Below, one piece after another: positions 47,601-59,513 of a stretch of DNA of 64,000 nucleotides. Both the position numbers and the translations under genes were made by a program. Origin of the DNA: Flectonema sp. DT1601 (taxonomy: Eukaryota); contig OZ025806.1 of assembly GCA_964019425.1 (NCBI GenBank), positions 434,001 to 498,000 on the forward strand. Reading direction: 5' to 3'. The notes beneath the pieces are model-generated. The model searched no databases, was not told where the DNA came from, and was given only the letters and a program-made list of their open reading frames with translations. Each line of letters opens with the position of its first letter. The stretch's first letter is position 1.

Positions 47601-50297
47601 TGCAGAAGCTTTCTCGACCGCAGCTTCTTTATCCTTGTCGGCTTTGAGGCGCGATATTGTTTCCTCTACTTCCTTCTGTTTGTCCAGAAGTTCGATTTCC
47701 TTTGTTTTGGATATTTGAGCAACGGCCTCTTCTTTTTCTTTCGTCTTCTGTTCGTGAATTGTTTGAACTTCCAGTTCTTGTGACTTCAGTTTCTCATTAA
47801 TTTCATCATTTTGACGAGTGAGTTCCTGAAGTTTGTTTTGGACTTCTGTTTCCTTTTGAACATTTTCCTTCTCAGTTAGTTCCTTCGCCAGCCTGAGGTC
47901 ATGGAGTTGCTTTTCGTGTGCTTCCCTTTCAGCATTTGCTTCAGCTTCCTTTAGTTGTGTCAGAGCATCTTCCCGTTGTCTTGTTTCTGCTTTTAGTTGT
48001 TCTACTTCAGTTTCCTTTTGCTTTCGAAGAGCTTCAAGTTCCTGTGTTTTTTCTGCTTCGAATTCTCGTTGCATCTCAGCACGAAGCTCATCACGAATGC
48101 GTTGCTTCATTTCTGACAGACTCTCTGATGATGCAGCAGGTGCCGTTGGAGTTGTTGCTGTGGTTGGGGTAGTTGGAGTCGGAGTTGGTGTTACTGATGG
48201 AGGAGGTTTAAAGCAGTAGTCCTCATCCTCTTTTTGTCTCTGTTGCTGAGGTTCAGTTGATTTCAATGTTGTTGCTGCAGGTTGTTTCACTTCACCAGGA
48301 TCAGTAGCCGCAACATCCGACGACTTCCTTGCTGGCAGCTGTTCGGATCCAACAGAGAAGATTCCATCAGCTGGTTGTTTGTCTTCAGAAACTGTTGTGT
48401 CGACTTCAGATAGAATAGATGTCTTTTGTTTACGAGTACCACACATAATACATTTTATAGCCTTTGCTTTATTAGGTAGCGTGCAGTTCGAGCAGTGCCA
48501 CGGCTTTGTCGCAGAAGCCTTCGGTGGCTTTGGTCGATAAACCTTTTCGGCCGCAGGAGCTGGGGTGGGAGTAGGTTCAGGCTGATGCCTTGGTTGTTGT
48601 TGCTGTTGCTGTTGTTGTTGTGGTTTATTCTGCGGATGTCTTATTGCCGGAGATATGAAAGCGAGACCCTTAGTCCATTCTATTCCTTCATTAATTCCCT
48701 GGACTGTATAAAGACCAGCAGACTTATCGATATTTTTAACAACACACGGAGCCCAAACACCATTCTGACGAAGGACCTCAACATCATCTCCAACACTAAA
48801 TGAACTTGGACCCCGACTAGTGGTAGTAGGAGATGATGGTGGTGATGGATGAGATTCGAAAGATGGTTTTCTAATTGAGGGAGAGATGAATGTGACGCAC
48901 TTCATCCATTCAACACCATCATCAGATTTACCAGTAACAGTATACAAACCTGATGTATTATCTATTGAAGTTATCGAACAAGTTGTCCATAATCCATTTT
49001 GTCGTCTAACTTCAACTTCATCATACAACTTAAACACGTTACCAGTAGATTTAGATTGTGTTGTAGGAGATGATGATAATCTCCTAACAGAAAGAGATGA
49101 GAAGGAAATACTTTTCGTCCACTCAAATCCATTTTCATTTCCCTTCACAGTGTACAAACTACCAGCAACATCCACGGCTACAATTGTACAGGTGGACCAG
49201 TTTCCCTTACTCCGCATTACCTCAACACTTTCTCCAATTTTAAAGACCTGCTGTTGATGTTTCGGTGTTGGGACTCTCACAGATGCGAATGAAACCTTCT
49301 TCCCACTTTGTAAAGTATAATATTGTTTCTTAATCTCGACAGATGCTACGTTTGCTGCAGTCCATGTTCCGTCTGCGAGACGAACTTCTACATCGTCGCC
49401 TGATGAGAATTGAGGCTTTACTTTGGTAGCTCTGGGTTTAGATTTCCTCCTTGGGGTGCTACACATACTGCATTTTGTTTTCTTAGGTAAATTAAGCTGA
49501 GTGCATTTGTGACAGATCCAGCAAGATGTTGTCTTGGGTTTCGGTTCGTTGCTGGGATCAGATTGAGATTGTTGTGCAGTCGTATTCTCATCAGGAGGAA
49601 GAGGAACACCTGGATATTGATTCTGTTGGTGTTGTTGTTGTTGTGGTGGAGGTGCAGCAGCAGGAGAAGACTCATCTTCACTGCTGTCAAAAAAAGAATC
49701 ATCAGAAAGGTCGCTGTCATCTTGAACTTGTGAACTGTTCGCTTCAAATCGAACACCAGTTTGACCTCTTTGAGAAGGAGAGTTGGATGGTTGCTCAGTT
49801 TGTCTTATTTTGAAAGCATGACCACATCCAAGACAGCTGAGTTGCATCTCTACATACGCCGTGAATGTTCTCAGTCTTTGATTACATTTTGGACACGAAA
49901 AGAAGAATGCACCCGTACTGCTGGTACCACCACTACCACCGCCACCACTACTAGCACTTGATGCTTGTGGTGTCGCTGCTGATTTTGTTGGTTCAGACGT
50001 AGCAGGTTTGGAACGTTCCTTTTGTGTGTGAACAGTTGCAGTTGCATCGACCTTTTCTTGTCTGTCTCGTAATTTCAAATATGCCTCTGCCTGATCAAAT
50101 GTAGTCTGCAATAGTTGAAATGCCTTCTTTGCATCCTCCGCTTTATTCTTGTCCGGGTGTACTAAAAGAACTAATTTTCTATACCTCTTCTTTATCTCAT
50201 CAAAACCACTCTTGTCATCAATTCCGAGAAGCTGTGCTAAGTCACCCCCCGATGACAATATATCGGCGACCACCTTCTCTTGGGCAGGGGTCGCCAT
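44641..50297 (-). CDS. 1833-aa J-domain protein with zinc ribbons, two RanBP2-type fingers, four Tudor/SH3-like repeats and long coiled coil; complement(join(44641..46782,46854..46907,46992..50297))
   Basis: IKKRYRKLVLLVHPDKN J domain; WICHKC...CSMC and WHCSNC...CIMC fingers. Two introns (84 and 71 nt) flank a 54-nt exon VNTLEEQLSHLSTENIRK and fuse the 1117-aa and 729-aa track ORFs in frame. Confidence 0.85.
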
Positions 50298-50602
50298 ATA
50301 ATATATACCCTGACAAGAGAAAGATTAGTCATTCCAATACTAAAAAATAACAATAAGTCAATGGTTCACTTTGTCCTTACTCATAACGGCATAACATTAC
50401 TTCCTGAAATATAAATTAATTTGAATTAAACAAGACGACGATGTTCTGAATTGATGAATCCAACACAGGAATGCGAAGGAAAACAAATACAAAAAAAGAG
50501 CAACTTGCAGTAGAATTGAAATAAAACAAGTAATCTAAACAATTAGGAATACATAGATTTATAAATTTGCGAATGGAAGAACCTTCTTCAGAAAAAGAGG
50601 TT

Positions 50603-53152
50603 CTACCTTCTGCGAGAATTGGCAGTTGTTTCTAAAGCCATTTTCACTGCAGGACTGTCCTCAGTGATTTTAAGCTGATTGACAATTTCCATTACTGCGA
50701 CGTTGTCGATGATGTCATTCGGACGATACCTTTTACAAATAATCGTCTTCGCTCTTTCAACAACAGGACCTACTTCAAAGAACTCTTTTGGGATCGTTTC
50801 GAGAGTGAAATTAAACTCCGCCTTCGAATCTTTGATCAACAACTCTAACCACAATAAGATCACATGCATTGGCTTCCTGTCCAGACAGAGAGCGTTGAGA
50901 AGTACAACACGGAGAGAGACGAAGGAGGAAGGGCATCCAACCCCGTCTGCCGAGGTGATGGCAGACACCATGTCAGTTGTGTGTATTTTTACTTCTTCAA
51001 TGTACTGGTCTCTAATAGCTTCAATAAAAGCTCCCTGATTACCCTTACTGTCAGAAGCAAAGAGTTGTCTATATGGAATCTCAGGAATGTTTAGCAAAGC
51101 GGTAATCCTTTCAGACTCTGTTGACTTTGATGCCTCCTCAGTTACTTTTAGTAGAGATAAGTTTTCTAAAAGTGCTAGTTTTAAATGCTTACTGTTCTCT
51201 TCAGTCTTTGCAGGGAAGAATGACTGAAGTAAAGAAACTATTTTTCTACCCGATAGCGAACCTTTGGTTTTAAATTCTGAAAGCGAAGGAAAGTCTTCAT
51301 CATGTTTTAACTTATTCCTAAAAGAACCACGATGAGCCTTTGCGGCTGTCTCTGGTGCGGCTTTATTTTTAACGACTGCTACCCAGTCGATTTCAGTGTC
51401 GTCACCCATGGTTTCTTGGGCATCGCATTCGAGGATCGCCATTTTAAGTTTTTCCATCATTGCCGTTTGATCATAAAAAGCATCTTCTGGAAGGTAACCA
51501 TTCAGTATACTGTGAAAGAGTTCGACGTCAGCGTCGTACTTGAAACGCTCACACCCGTCGGCAATGCTGTAGCCCCATTCTGCTGCATTCTTATAACGAT
51601 CAGTTATGTAGGAGCTGACGAATTCGGGAAAGGTTTTGGGAAGTTGAACGCACAGATCGATATTACTGAAATCTTGTCTTGCGTGGTCTAACCAAGTCGG
51701 GTTATTTATCCAAAGACTAATTGCTCCTCCAGTTCTTTTCGGTATCTTTGTACGTGTGACACCAATACTACCAGAGTTTTGACCCAATCGAAACTGTTGT
51801 TGTTGATGAACTTTTGCGAGCCACTCCATTTCTCTAAAACTCCATATGTCAGATATGACTCTTTCTAAAGTTCCTTTTTCAATATTTAAATTATTTATCT
51901 TTCCTGTGTATCGAAGATGCATAGGAATTGATTTTTGTTTTCCCATCCCAATAAAGTAAGGTTTGTGATGTGATAGTGTCTTTGCCATTGATGCCTTTAA
52001 GGAAAGCAGCATGTCGGTTAATTTTGTTTTCTCAAACTCTAAACCTGTTATTGATTTATATTGTTTTTCACAACGAAGTCGTTCTTGAGAAAGTTCTTCT
52101 GTTAGCTCTTTGCTTTCACCAACTAAAACGGATTTTTCAAGTTTTAATCGGTGATTTTCACTTCGTAGTCGAGTTGCTTCTTGTTCACGATCCTCAGCGT
52201 TGACTTCGTTGAGAGAGGCGGATTCTCGTAGTTTTTCCATTCTGCAGGTAAGATCGATGTTCAGCAGTTTAACGCTAGAAACGCGTTTACAAATCTCTTT
52301 TAAAATAGAAGTGTCTGTTCTGTTTGCTATTACGAATTCACCAAATACTTTGTGCAATTCACCCCAATTAACTTTTTGTGGTTTTGCAAGTGCCTCATCT
52401 TTTTTATTGTTCGCATCTTCCAAGTATTTTATACGGTCTGAACACTTTCCCAACAATTGGATCAGATCTTTAATCTTCGATTGTGCTTCATCACAACACG
52501 ATGCCAGCCAAGATAGCTCTCTTTTTGTTTCGGCGAATTTGCCACCGCCTTCCGATAGTTCGGAATTTTCATTTTTTAAAGTCGAAAGCGACAGTCTTAG
52601 TAGTGAAATTTCTTTTTTAAAATACGAAACTATTTTGTTATATGTTCGAGTTGTTTCTGATCTGCACGTAACGATATCTAGTTTGGCCAGTTCTTCGTCA
52701 GGTTGATATGGAGAATGAAGTATTTCTGAAGATGCATCATCCTCGTGATCTGCCTTAACAGAGTAGAAAGAGCTTTCTGTGTCACTAGTTGGTTGTTCCT
52801 CTCCAAGTGTACCCGCACCTGTTGCACTCCATAAAACCGTCTCGTCTTGAACTAATTGTAGGGCAACAGTTGATTCAGGTTCAACAACACTTCTGGTCAT
52901 CATAAATAATTTCATCGCATCCTTTGCTATCCTCATAGTCTTCTCAGTCATGCCTGTTTCATCGTTAGTGGAATCTTTCTTTCCAACATATCTTCGTCGT
53001 TGTGATGGCGGAACTGGTTTTCGTGTGGACTCATTTGATTCGTACCTTTTCCTCAATCGAGTTCTTGATTTAATAATTTGACGGCGGTGATAACAACGAC
53101 CGTGTTTACTGTGACTAGTTAACGGTTGTGCAATTGGAGGAAGGCCACTCAT
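50603..53152 (-). CDS. TSNAXIP1-like (translin-associated factor X-interacting protein 1) coiled-coil protein
   Basis: Coiled coil followed by YFIGMGKQKSIPMHLRYTGKINN...IWSFR and AAEWGYSIADGCERFKYDADVELFHSILNG, recalled as TSNAXIP1-family blocks. First in-frame ATG at 53152. Confidence 0.7.
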   Translation of the reverse strand: MSGLPPIAQPLTSHSKHGRCYHRRQIIKSRTRLRKRYESNESTRKPVPPSQRRRYVGKKDSTNDETGMTEKTMRIAKDAMKLFMMTRSVVEPESTVALQLVQDETVLWSATGAGTLGEEQPTSDTESSFYSVKADHEDDASSEILHSPYQPDEELAKLDIVTCRSETTRTYNKIVSYFKKEISLLRLSLSTLKNENSELSEGGGKFAETKRELSWLASCCDEAQSKIKDLIQLLGKCSDRIKYLEDANNKKDEALAKPQKVNWGELHKVFGEFVIANRTDTSILKEICKRVSSVKLLNIDLTCRMEKLRESASLNEVNAEDREQEATRLRSENHRLKLEKSVLVGESKELTEELSQERLRCEKQYKSITGLEFEKTKLTDMLLSLKASMAKTLSHHKPYFIGMGKQKSIPMHLRYTGKINNLNIEKGTLERVISDIWSFREMEWLAKVHQQQQFRLGQNSGSIGVTRTKIPKRTGGAISLWINNPTWLDHARQDFSNIDLCVQLPKTFPEFVSSYITDRYKNAAEWGYSIADGCERFKYDADVELFHSILNGYLPEDAFYDQTAMMEKLKMAILECDAQETMGDDTEIDWVAVVKNKAAPETAAKAHRGSFRNKLKHDEDFPSLSEFKTKGSLSGRKIVSLLQSFFPAKTEENSKHLKLALLENLSLLKVTEEASKSTESERITALLNIPEIPYRQLFASDSKGNQGAFIEAIRDQYIEEVKIHTTDMVSAITSADGVGCPSSFVSLRVVLLNALCLDRKPMHVILLWLELLIKDSKAEFNFTLETIPKEFFEVGPVVERAKTIICKRYRPNDIIDNVAVMEIVNQLKITEDSPAVKMALETTANSRRR

Positions 53153-54908
53153 CGTTATTATGATCCCATCCTGTTGGAAAGACAACATAATTTTTTTTTC
53201 TTCCCAAATTTCTCAAATCGGATTGTCCTCCTATCTCTGAGAATGCAAAGATTTGTGTTGTTGGTGATAGCCACCTCACAACACAATAAGAAAGTTAACA
53301 TTTCAAACCGCTGGGATAGGGACCATAAAAAAGTACGGCAAAAAATTGCAAAAAACCAAAAAAGAAGGCTTGGCTCGGAAAAGAACATACAAAGCTGCGG
53401 CAATACATAAAAGAATACCTTTTTTTTGGTTTTTTTTTTTTTTGTAGATTACCACAACAAAAGTTTATTATAATATGGTTAGGGGATTTTTTTTTTTTTT
53501 TTTTTTCCGGTACCAAAGAATAGTAGTCTACCGAATGAAGTACAACTTCTTAAACTGCAAAAAATGCATCACAACACTCTAAGAGAGTAATTCGTGATCA
53601 GAACATCATAGGAACCTAAATGGTCACCAATAGAGTGCTACGCAGGATTCAGTGCAACAACAGAACCAACTAATAGTCAGATTGCACAATACATAACCGA
53701 AAAGTTCCAATTGGAGACAAGAAATAGTTTTTTTTTTTTTTTTTTTTTTTTCAAAAAGAAGACACGACAGAATATGCGAACTGAACAAAACAGAAACAAC
53801 TGATGAAGGGAAAAAAGACAACCTAAAAACAAAGAAGACAAGCTGTGTACTAAAGAAGGGCAAACATAAAAGGCGATGAACATTTTCAACAGCAGCGGTG
53901 CTCATCTACCTAACCTACCCACGGGATAGTCTTATCTCACTAAGACAGAGTAGCATGTTGTTGTTCTTTAAAAGAATTTCGCAACACAATTGCTCGAAAA
54001 GGGAATAAACTGAAACAATAATCAAGAATGGCATTGCAGTGGAAAACAGATTAGTTTTTTTTTTTAATTTAAAAAAAAAAACTACAAACTATATCGCTCG
54101 GTAGAAAGATAAATGTGGCGTGTTCGCTTTATTATGATTTTGTACCGTTTGCGCACGAAGAAAGACACACTGCAGTGCCGCCAGACATTGACAAAAAAAA
54201 AGGGCAAACGCAATTCCACTGAAATGCCGGATTTCAACACAAATAGTTTCCCGACTGCTTCCAGAGATGATGACTGGACGAGGACGAGGGGGTACAACGC
54301 CTGACTGCGTAATGTTGGAGTTCAGCACTCTCTCGGTCTTGTTAGCCAAGTGTGTGAATATCTTATCAGAATTCTGGCTGACCCTTTGACTTGCCTCTAG
54401 CCAACTTGTATCCTGTGTTGATCTATCCTGCCCTCTGTAATCTTGTCAGCATGCGCGTTAGCTAAGCCCCTTAGAGCACATCATAAATCCCCACCTCTGA
54501 TGTAGTGATGTGGTTAGGGCTCAAGAGGGCAACTCCGCATAGACAGTGTTTCAAATAGCTGTTCATTTCGGAAACTTTTGTGTTGAGATCTGACATTTCA
54601 CAATTTTTTATGTGGAGTTATAGTTTTTCCCAACAAAAAAAAAAAAAAAAAAAACCTAAACCTAATTATTAATCGCACAGTTGAGACAGAAATTGTCAAC
54701 TTTTTATTTTTTTATCTTTTTTTTTTTTAAATCTGTTTCGAAACCGTAAACCCAGAAAACTGTAAAAAGCCAAATGGACTACGTGAGTTTGTACTGCAGA
54801 TGGTAATAACAAATAACAACCGGAATAGAGATCCCGTCATCTGATATAAATTAAACCGAAGGTAAGAAGATGGTAAACAGAATGGTATCGCTGGATTAAT
54901 TCCTCCAT

Positions 54909-56696
54909 TTAATTTTGATTGAGAAGATCTTCGCAGTACAACATTTGCATAACAAGTGGTAGATAATACACTCTCGCTTCACCCATAACTGTACGAGCTC
55001 TAGCGAGAGCAATCTTACCAGACTGTGGTTCTTCGACTGTGCTGAGGATGCTGTATATTTCAAAAAGTGTAGACGAGCCGAGGATCCCTTCGAGGTGACA
55101 TCTGAGGGATTCTATTCTACTACTGAGAGATTCTTCTCTGGAAGAGTTAGGAAGGTGATAGGTACCACCATTGAGTTGAAACTTCGACGTTGGATCCATT
55201 CCGTCTGGTAACACCATCGACACAGCTCCTCCATCATCAACCCAAATAGCATCTTCATTAGGTGCTATTGACAAGTTGAGAGCAGCTCTCATAGATCCCT
55301 CAAGAGTCTGATGTCCGAGTTCTTCAAATTCATCAAAAACATTAGCAGGTGGAGCAGATGGCTTTGGTAAGTAAGGTAATACTGGAGGTGATGGTGACTT
55401 TGATATCCCTCTTCCAATGTGATTAATATTCTTACCCTGAGGAGGATGAATTGGTTCCAATCTCTGATGCGGTTTCTTATCAATCTTCGCAACTTCAAAC
55501 GCCTGCTGTTTCTTTTGTCCTTCAAGATACCTCATCTTTCTCATCTCTAACACGTCAGCATTCAAATCTGAGATTCCCTTCTGCGCTCTTCTAACAGCAG
55601 CGATACGCTGTTGTGCCTTAACGACAGCGTCATTAGGAGATAACTGCTTTGGTGGAATGTATGGCTTTGGAGACTGTCTGACATAATTATAATATCGAGG
55701 AGGTTGCTTAGATCTGGGAGGAAGGGCTCCAACCAACGGTGGAAGGTTATTTTTTTCACCAGATATGATGTGCTCAGGCAGTCGCTTATGTCGATCAACC
55801 TTCACTGGCGTTGATGAATCTTTTTTACGAGGCCTAGCATCGATAGTTGAACGATCTTCAAGAAAAGCAGTAATTCGTTCCTTTATAAAAGGAAGTTGTA
55901 ATATCGATGATATGCTGGGTCGTTGTCTGGGATCTTTCTTTAACATTGACGCCACCAAACGTGAAAGATCAGAGCTGTAATTTGATGGAATTGATTTGTA
56001 CCTTCCACTTAGTATCTCATCACGCAGTTGACGCATATTTTGGGCTTCAAACGCGTGTTTTAAGGCCACCAATTCATATAAAACACATCCTAAAGCCCAC
56101 ACATCACTTCTATTATTATATGGAGCCTCTTGACACAGTTCTGGAGACATGTAGTACGGAGTTCCTACAAACGTCTTTGCATATTGCATTGTGTGTGCAA
56201 GGACTTTTGCTATTCCGAAATCGCCTAATTTTATTATAGATTTATCGTTTAAGAATATATTAGAAGTTTTAATGTCCCTGTGGAGGACGTGTCTGCCGTG
56301 TAGGTACTGCAGAGCGAGGCATATTTGAAGAAAGAGATCAAGAATTCGTTTTTCTGACATTCGTTTTCCTCTTCTCGACTGAATAAGTTGACTAAGGTCA
56401 CCCTTAGCAGCGTATTCGGTTACTATACGAAGGGAGTCAGAAGTCTCAAAGCTGTCTATATATTTTATGACATTTGGATGGTCGAGTCTTTGAAGCATCG
56501 ATGCTTCTTTCATAGTCTCTCTTCTCTCCTCCTTTCCCATTCCAATTAGTGATATACACTTCATCACACCCCGAGAACCAGTCATCCGATGACGAACGAG
56601 GTATACCTGTCCGAAGCTGCCTTTCCCAATCATTTGCAGCCTTTCATATCGGTTTTCAGGGTTGTTATTATTTAATAATAGGTTGCGGCCTCGCAT
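54909..56696 (-). CDS. NIMA-related Ser/Thr kinase (NEK1-like)
   Basis: GKGSFG, HRDIKTSNIFL, LGDFGIAKVL, GTPYYMSPE, PYNNRSDVWALGC; NEK1-type C-terminal block RIESLRCHLEGILG. Confidence 0.95.
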   Translation of the reverse strand: MRGRNLLLNNNNPENRYERLQMIGKGSFGQVYLVRHRMTGSRGVMKCISLIGMGKEERRETMKEASMLQRLDHPNVIKYIDSFETSDSLRIVTEYAAKGDLSQLIQSRRGKRMSEKRILDLFLQICLALQYLHGRHVLHRDIKTSNIFLNDKSIIKLGDFGIAKVLAHTMQYAKTFVGTPYYMSPELCQEAPYNNRSDVWALGCVLYELVALKHAFEAQNMRQLRDEILSGRYKSIPSNYSSDLSRLVASMLKKDPRQRPSISSILQLPFIKERITAFLEDRSTIDARPRKKDSSTPVKVDRHKRLPEHIISGEKNNLPPLVGALPPRSKQPPRYYNYVRQSPKPYIPPKQLSPNDAVVKAQQRIAAVRRAQKGISDLNADVLEMRKMRYLEGQKKQQAFEVAKIDKKPHQRLEPIHPPQGKNINHIGRGISKSPSPPVLPYLPKPSAPPANVFDEFEELGHQTLEGSMRAALNLSIAPNEDAIWVDDGGAVSMVLPDGMDPTSKFQLNGGTYHLPNSSREESLSSRIESLRCHLEGILGSSTLFEIYSILSTVEEPQSGKIALARARTVMGEARVYYLPLVMQMLYCEDLLNQN

Positions 56697-57291
56697 TGTG
56701 CCGCCCGTTGACCCTGTGGGGAAGAGAGTATGATTAAAATATGTTTTCCCTCTGCAATTAGATATCTCTATTCACCAACTGTGATGACAAGATCGCTAAG
56801 ACTGAATTAATAAAAGTAACGATTACGATTAGTATCAACAAGTTAGTAAATGGCTCACCCCTCGAACCGCTGCATGTCACGCTGGGAATTTCAACTGCGG
56901 GGGAAGCAAAAACGAGACAGAGAGAAGAAAGACAAGAGAAATCAACATTCTCCGTAAAGGGAAAAAAAAGAACAGAAATGTCCGTTTTACACGAAACTGC
57001 AATCCGATCAGACAGAAAGTGTTAACAATATTTTTATCTCCCTCAAGACAAAAGAGGGTCGTTCGGTCTTTTTAAAAAAAAAGAGAAAAAAAAAGAGAAA
57101 AAAAAACGGAAGGAAAGCGGGCGATGCTAACATTCTTCTTCTATATAACGGCAGCGGACGAATTGCAAAGCTGATAGCTCGCATGCCGACTGCGTTAATG
57201 AAAACAGAGACTAACAGTTGTACAATCGCCTACTAATTATATTAAAGTCATCCCTCTCAAGTAAGGATGTCGTAAAATGTTCATTGATTAC

Positions 57292-58539
57292 TTACACGAG
57301 AAGTTTTTCCTTTTCCTTAATAAATAAACAAATGTCATCTACAGCACTTCTCAGAGATTCTTCATCAACACCAGCAAAACAAAGACGTACGTATTCACTC
57401 GAGGCACTACCAAAGCAGCTTCCAGGACTGGTAGCGATTCCCTTTTCATGTAAAAGAGAAAGACAGAGATTTGTAACATCGTTTTGAAATAGAGACAGTA
57501 ATGTACCCACGTGTAATAAACAATAAAGTGCTCCAGTTGGTGGACCACCAGGCAGATGATGAAGAAGGCCATGAGTAGATAAAGTCTCCACGACTATAGC
57601 ACAACGATTGCTGTAAGATTTCAACATTTCTGAAACTTCGTTATCCGCAGCCCCACTAAGAGCAGCTGTTGCTGCAACTTGTGCAAATGGCACTCCACAG
57701 CTAATGAAACTCTCACCCAATTTAGACACCTGATCAAGAATTAGTTTGGAGGCTGTCATAAAACCAACTCTGAAGCCAGTCATGCTGTAAGTCTTTGAAA
57801 CTCCACTAATTACGATATGCTTATCAGAATTGAAGTCATCGCAGCCAAGTAGAGATGGAGCCTTGTCGTCTCCTGCGAAGACGATGTCACCATATATCTC
57901 ATCACTTAACACGTACAGATCTGATTGTGTTGCAATAGATAAGAACTTATCGAGTGTTGGATAATCAAACACTTGACCAGTCGGGTTTGATGGATTGCAC
58001 AGAGCGATCATTTTCACATCTGGATTCTGTTCTACCAACAACGACAACTCATCAAAATCAGGTTTCCATCCATTATCAGCTCTCAATGGATAATAAATAG
58101 GTATGGCACCTGCAGCTTGTGATGCCATCTCATAATTTGGCCAACCAGGATCAGGAAGTAGAATCTTCTGACCTGGTTCTACGACTGCCAAGATGCTTGA
58201 TGCCATTGAAAAAACACATCCTGGAGTTACAGCTACCCTCTCAAACGGAATAGATTGCTGTCCTCTCTTTGTAAAGTAATCTGCTGCAGCTTCTCTTAAT
58301 TCACGAATTCCTAAGTTAGGACAATAGCGTTGATTTGCTTCGATTTGTAGTGCGGCAGTGCAGGCATCGACGATACCTTTTGGGGTTTTAAAATTCGGCT
58401 GACCAACTTCTAAATGTCTTACTAATCTTCCTTCGCGTTCAAGTCCCCATGCGACTTCCATTACTTTTCTGATACCACTGTGCGGCATGGCTAACACATT
58501 GCTGTTTAGTGATTGCTTAGTAACACACTTTCGAAACAT
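57292..58539 (-). CDS. PLP-dependent class I/II aminotransferase (aspartate aminotransferase Ib-like)
   Basis: LEVGQPNF, CNPSNPTG, SDEIY, SKTYSMTGFRVG (PLP lysine), PGSCFG, YVRLCFA. Confidence 0.94.
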   Translation of the reverse strand: MFRKCVTKQSLNSNVLAMPHSGIRKVMEVAWGLEREGRLVRHLEVGQPNFKTPKGIVDACTAALQIEANQRYCPNLGIRELREAAADYFTKRGQQSIPFERVAVTPGCVFSMASSILAVVEPGQKILLPDPGWPNYEMASQAAGAIPIYYPLRADNGWKPDFDELSLLVEQNPDVKMIALCNPSNPTGQVFDYPTLDKFLSIATQSDLYVLSDEIYGDIVFAGDDKAPSLLGCDDFNSDKHIVISGVSKTYSMTGFRVGFMTASKLILDQVSKLGESFISCGVPFAQVAATAALSGAADNEVSEMLKSYSNRCAIVVETLSTHGLLHHLPGGPPTGALYCLLHVGTLLSLFQNDVTNLCLSLLHEKGIATSPGSCFGSASSEYVRLCFAGVDEESLRSAVDDICLFIKEKEKLLV

Positions 58540-58676
58540 TTTGTAGTATTTTGATGTGTAAGCTGAAGTATAAATATAAATTCAATCACAGCAACACTCA
58601 TGTTGTTATGATCATCAGGAGGGATAAGTTAGAAGAACCCTGTTCCTGTTCATATTGAACTCTTTCAACTAATACT

Positions 58677-59513
58677 CTAAACGTGAGATCTTCCATCAGT
58701 TTTCGTTGGTACCTCTTCACCTGCTATTGTTGTTCTATGAAGAATTCGAAGCCCCGCTCTTGAAGCATCAATTTGCGTACCTGGAGTAGCGTAATGCGCA
58801 TTTCCTAAATTATCGTTGATGGCAAAATCACCTTCTTCCCAATCCAGTTTGATACCAATTTTCTCGAGAGCTGTTTGACAAGCATCAGTTAGCTCATCCT
58901 GAATAACGTAAGATGGGATAACTGATGTAATGTTTTTATCATCGTCTTCAACAGCCCAAGCTTTACAAAAAGAACGACCACAATGAAATAGTAAAGTAGT
59001 CTCTCCTTGATGAGGATGTTTATAGACGAGTGGGTGACTTGGTCCTCGTTCAGTCAACATCCAGAGTTTATCCCAACGAGATTGTATTTCAGGAGGTTGT
59101 AGGTCATAAACTTCTTTAAGAGGTACAAAGTGTGTCTCTCCTCCTTTGCAGACAGAATGAAAATGCATTGTTTGGTACTTAAAAGGCTTCTCTTGAAAGG
59201 TACCATCGACATGCCAACCACTTCTACCAACACCAGTGCAACCTTCTTCTTCATCATTCGACACTCTGAAGATGTCTGGATGAGGTGATTTTGGATGTTT
59301 GTAGAAAGTTGATTCGATTCTTCCTAATTTTCGACTAAGTTCCACCTGTCGTTCCCCAGACACCTTTCCCTGACCTCTAAACAACAGTAATCGATGTCTG
59401 ATAAGGTCTTCTTTAAGATTCCTTACAAACTCATCACTAAAATCTATCGTACTCAACTGTATTCCTTTAACAATTGCACCAAACCCCGCTCGGATTTCTT
59501 CTATTCGGTACAT
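58677..59513 (-). CDS. TauD/TfdA family Fe(II)/2-oxoglutarate dioxygenase
   Basis: FGAIVKGIQL, LLLFRGQ, WHVDGTF (HxD), GGETHF, HPLVYKHP, WEEGDFAINDNLGNAHYA, RILHRTTIAG. Confidence 0.92.
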   Translation of the reverse strand: MYRIEEIRAGFGAIVKGIQLSTIDFSDEFVRNLKEDLIRHRLLLFRGQGKVSGERQVELSRKLGRIESTFYKHPKSPHPDIFRVSNDEEEGCTGVGRSGWHVDGTFQEKPFKYQTMHFHSVCKGGETHFVPLKEVYDLQPPEIQSRWDKLWMLTERGPSHPLVYKHPHQGETTLLFHCGRSFCKAWAVEDDDKNITSVIPSYVIQDELTDACQTALEKIGIKLDWEEGDFAINDNLGNAHYATPGTQIDASRAGLRILHRTTIAGEEVPTKTDGRSHV

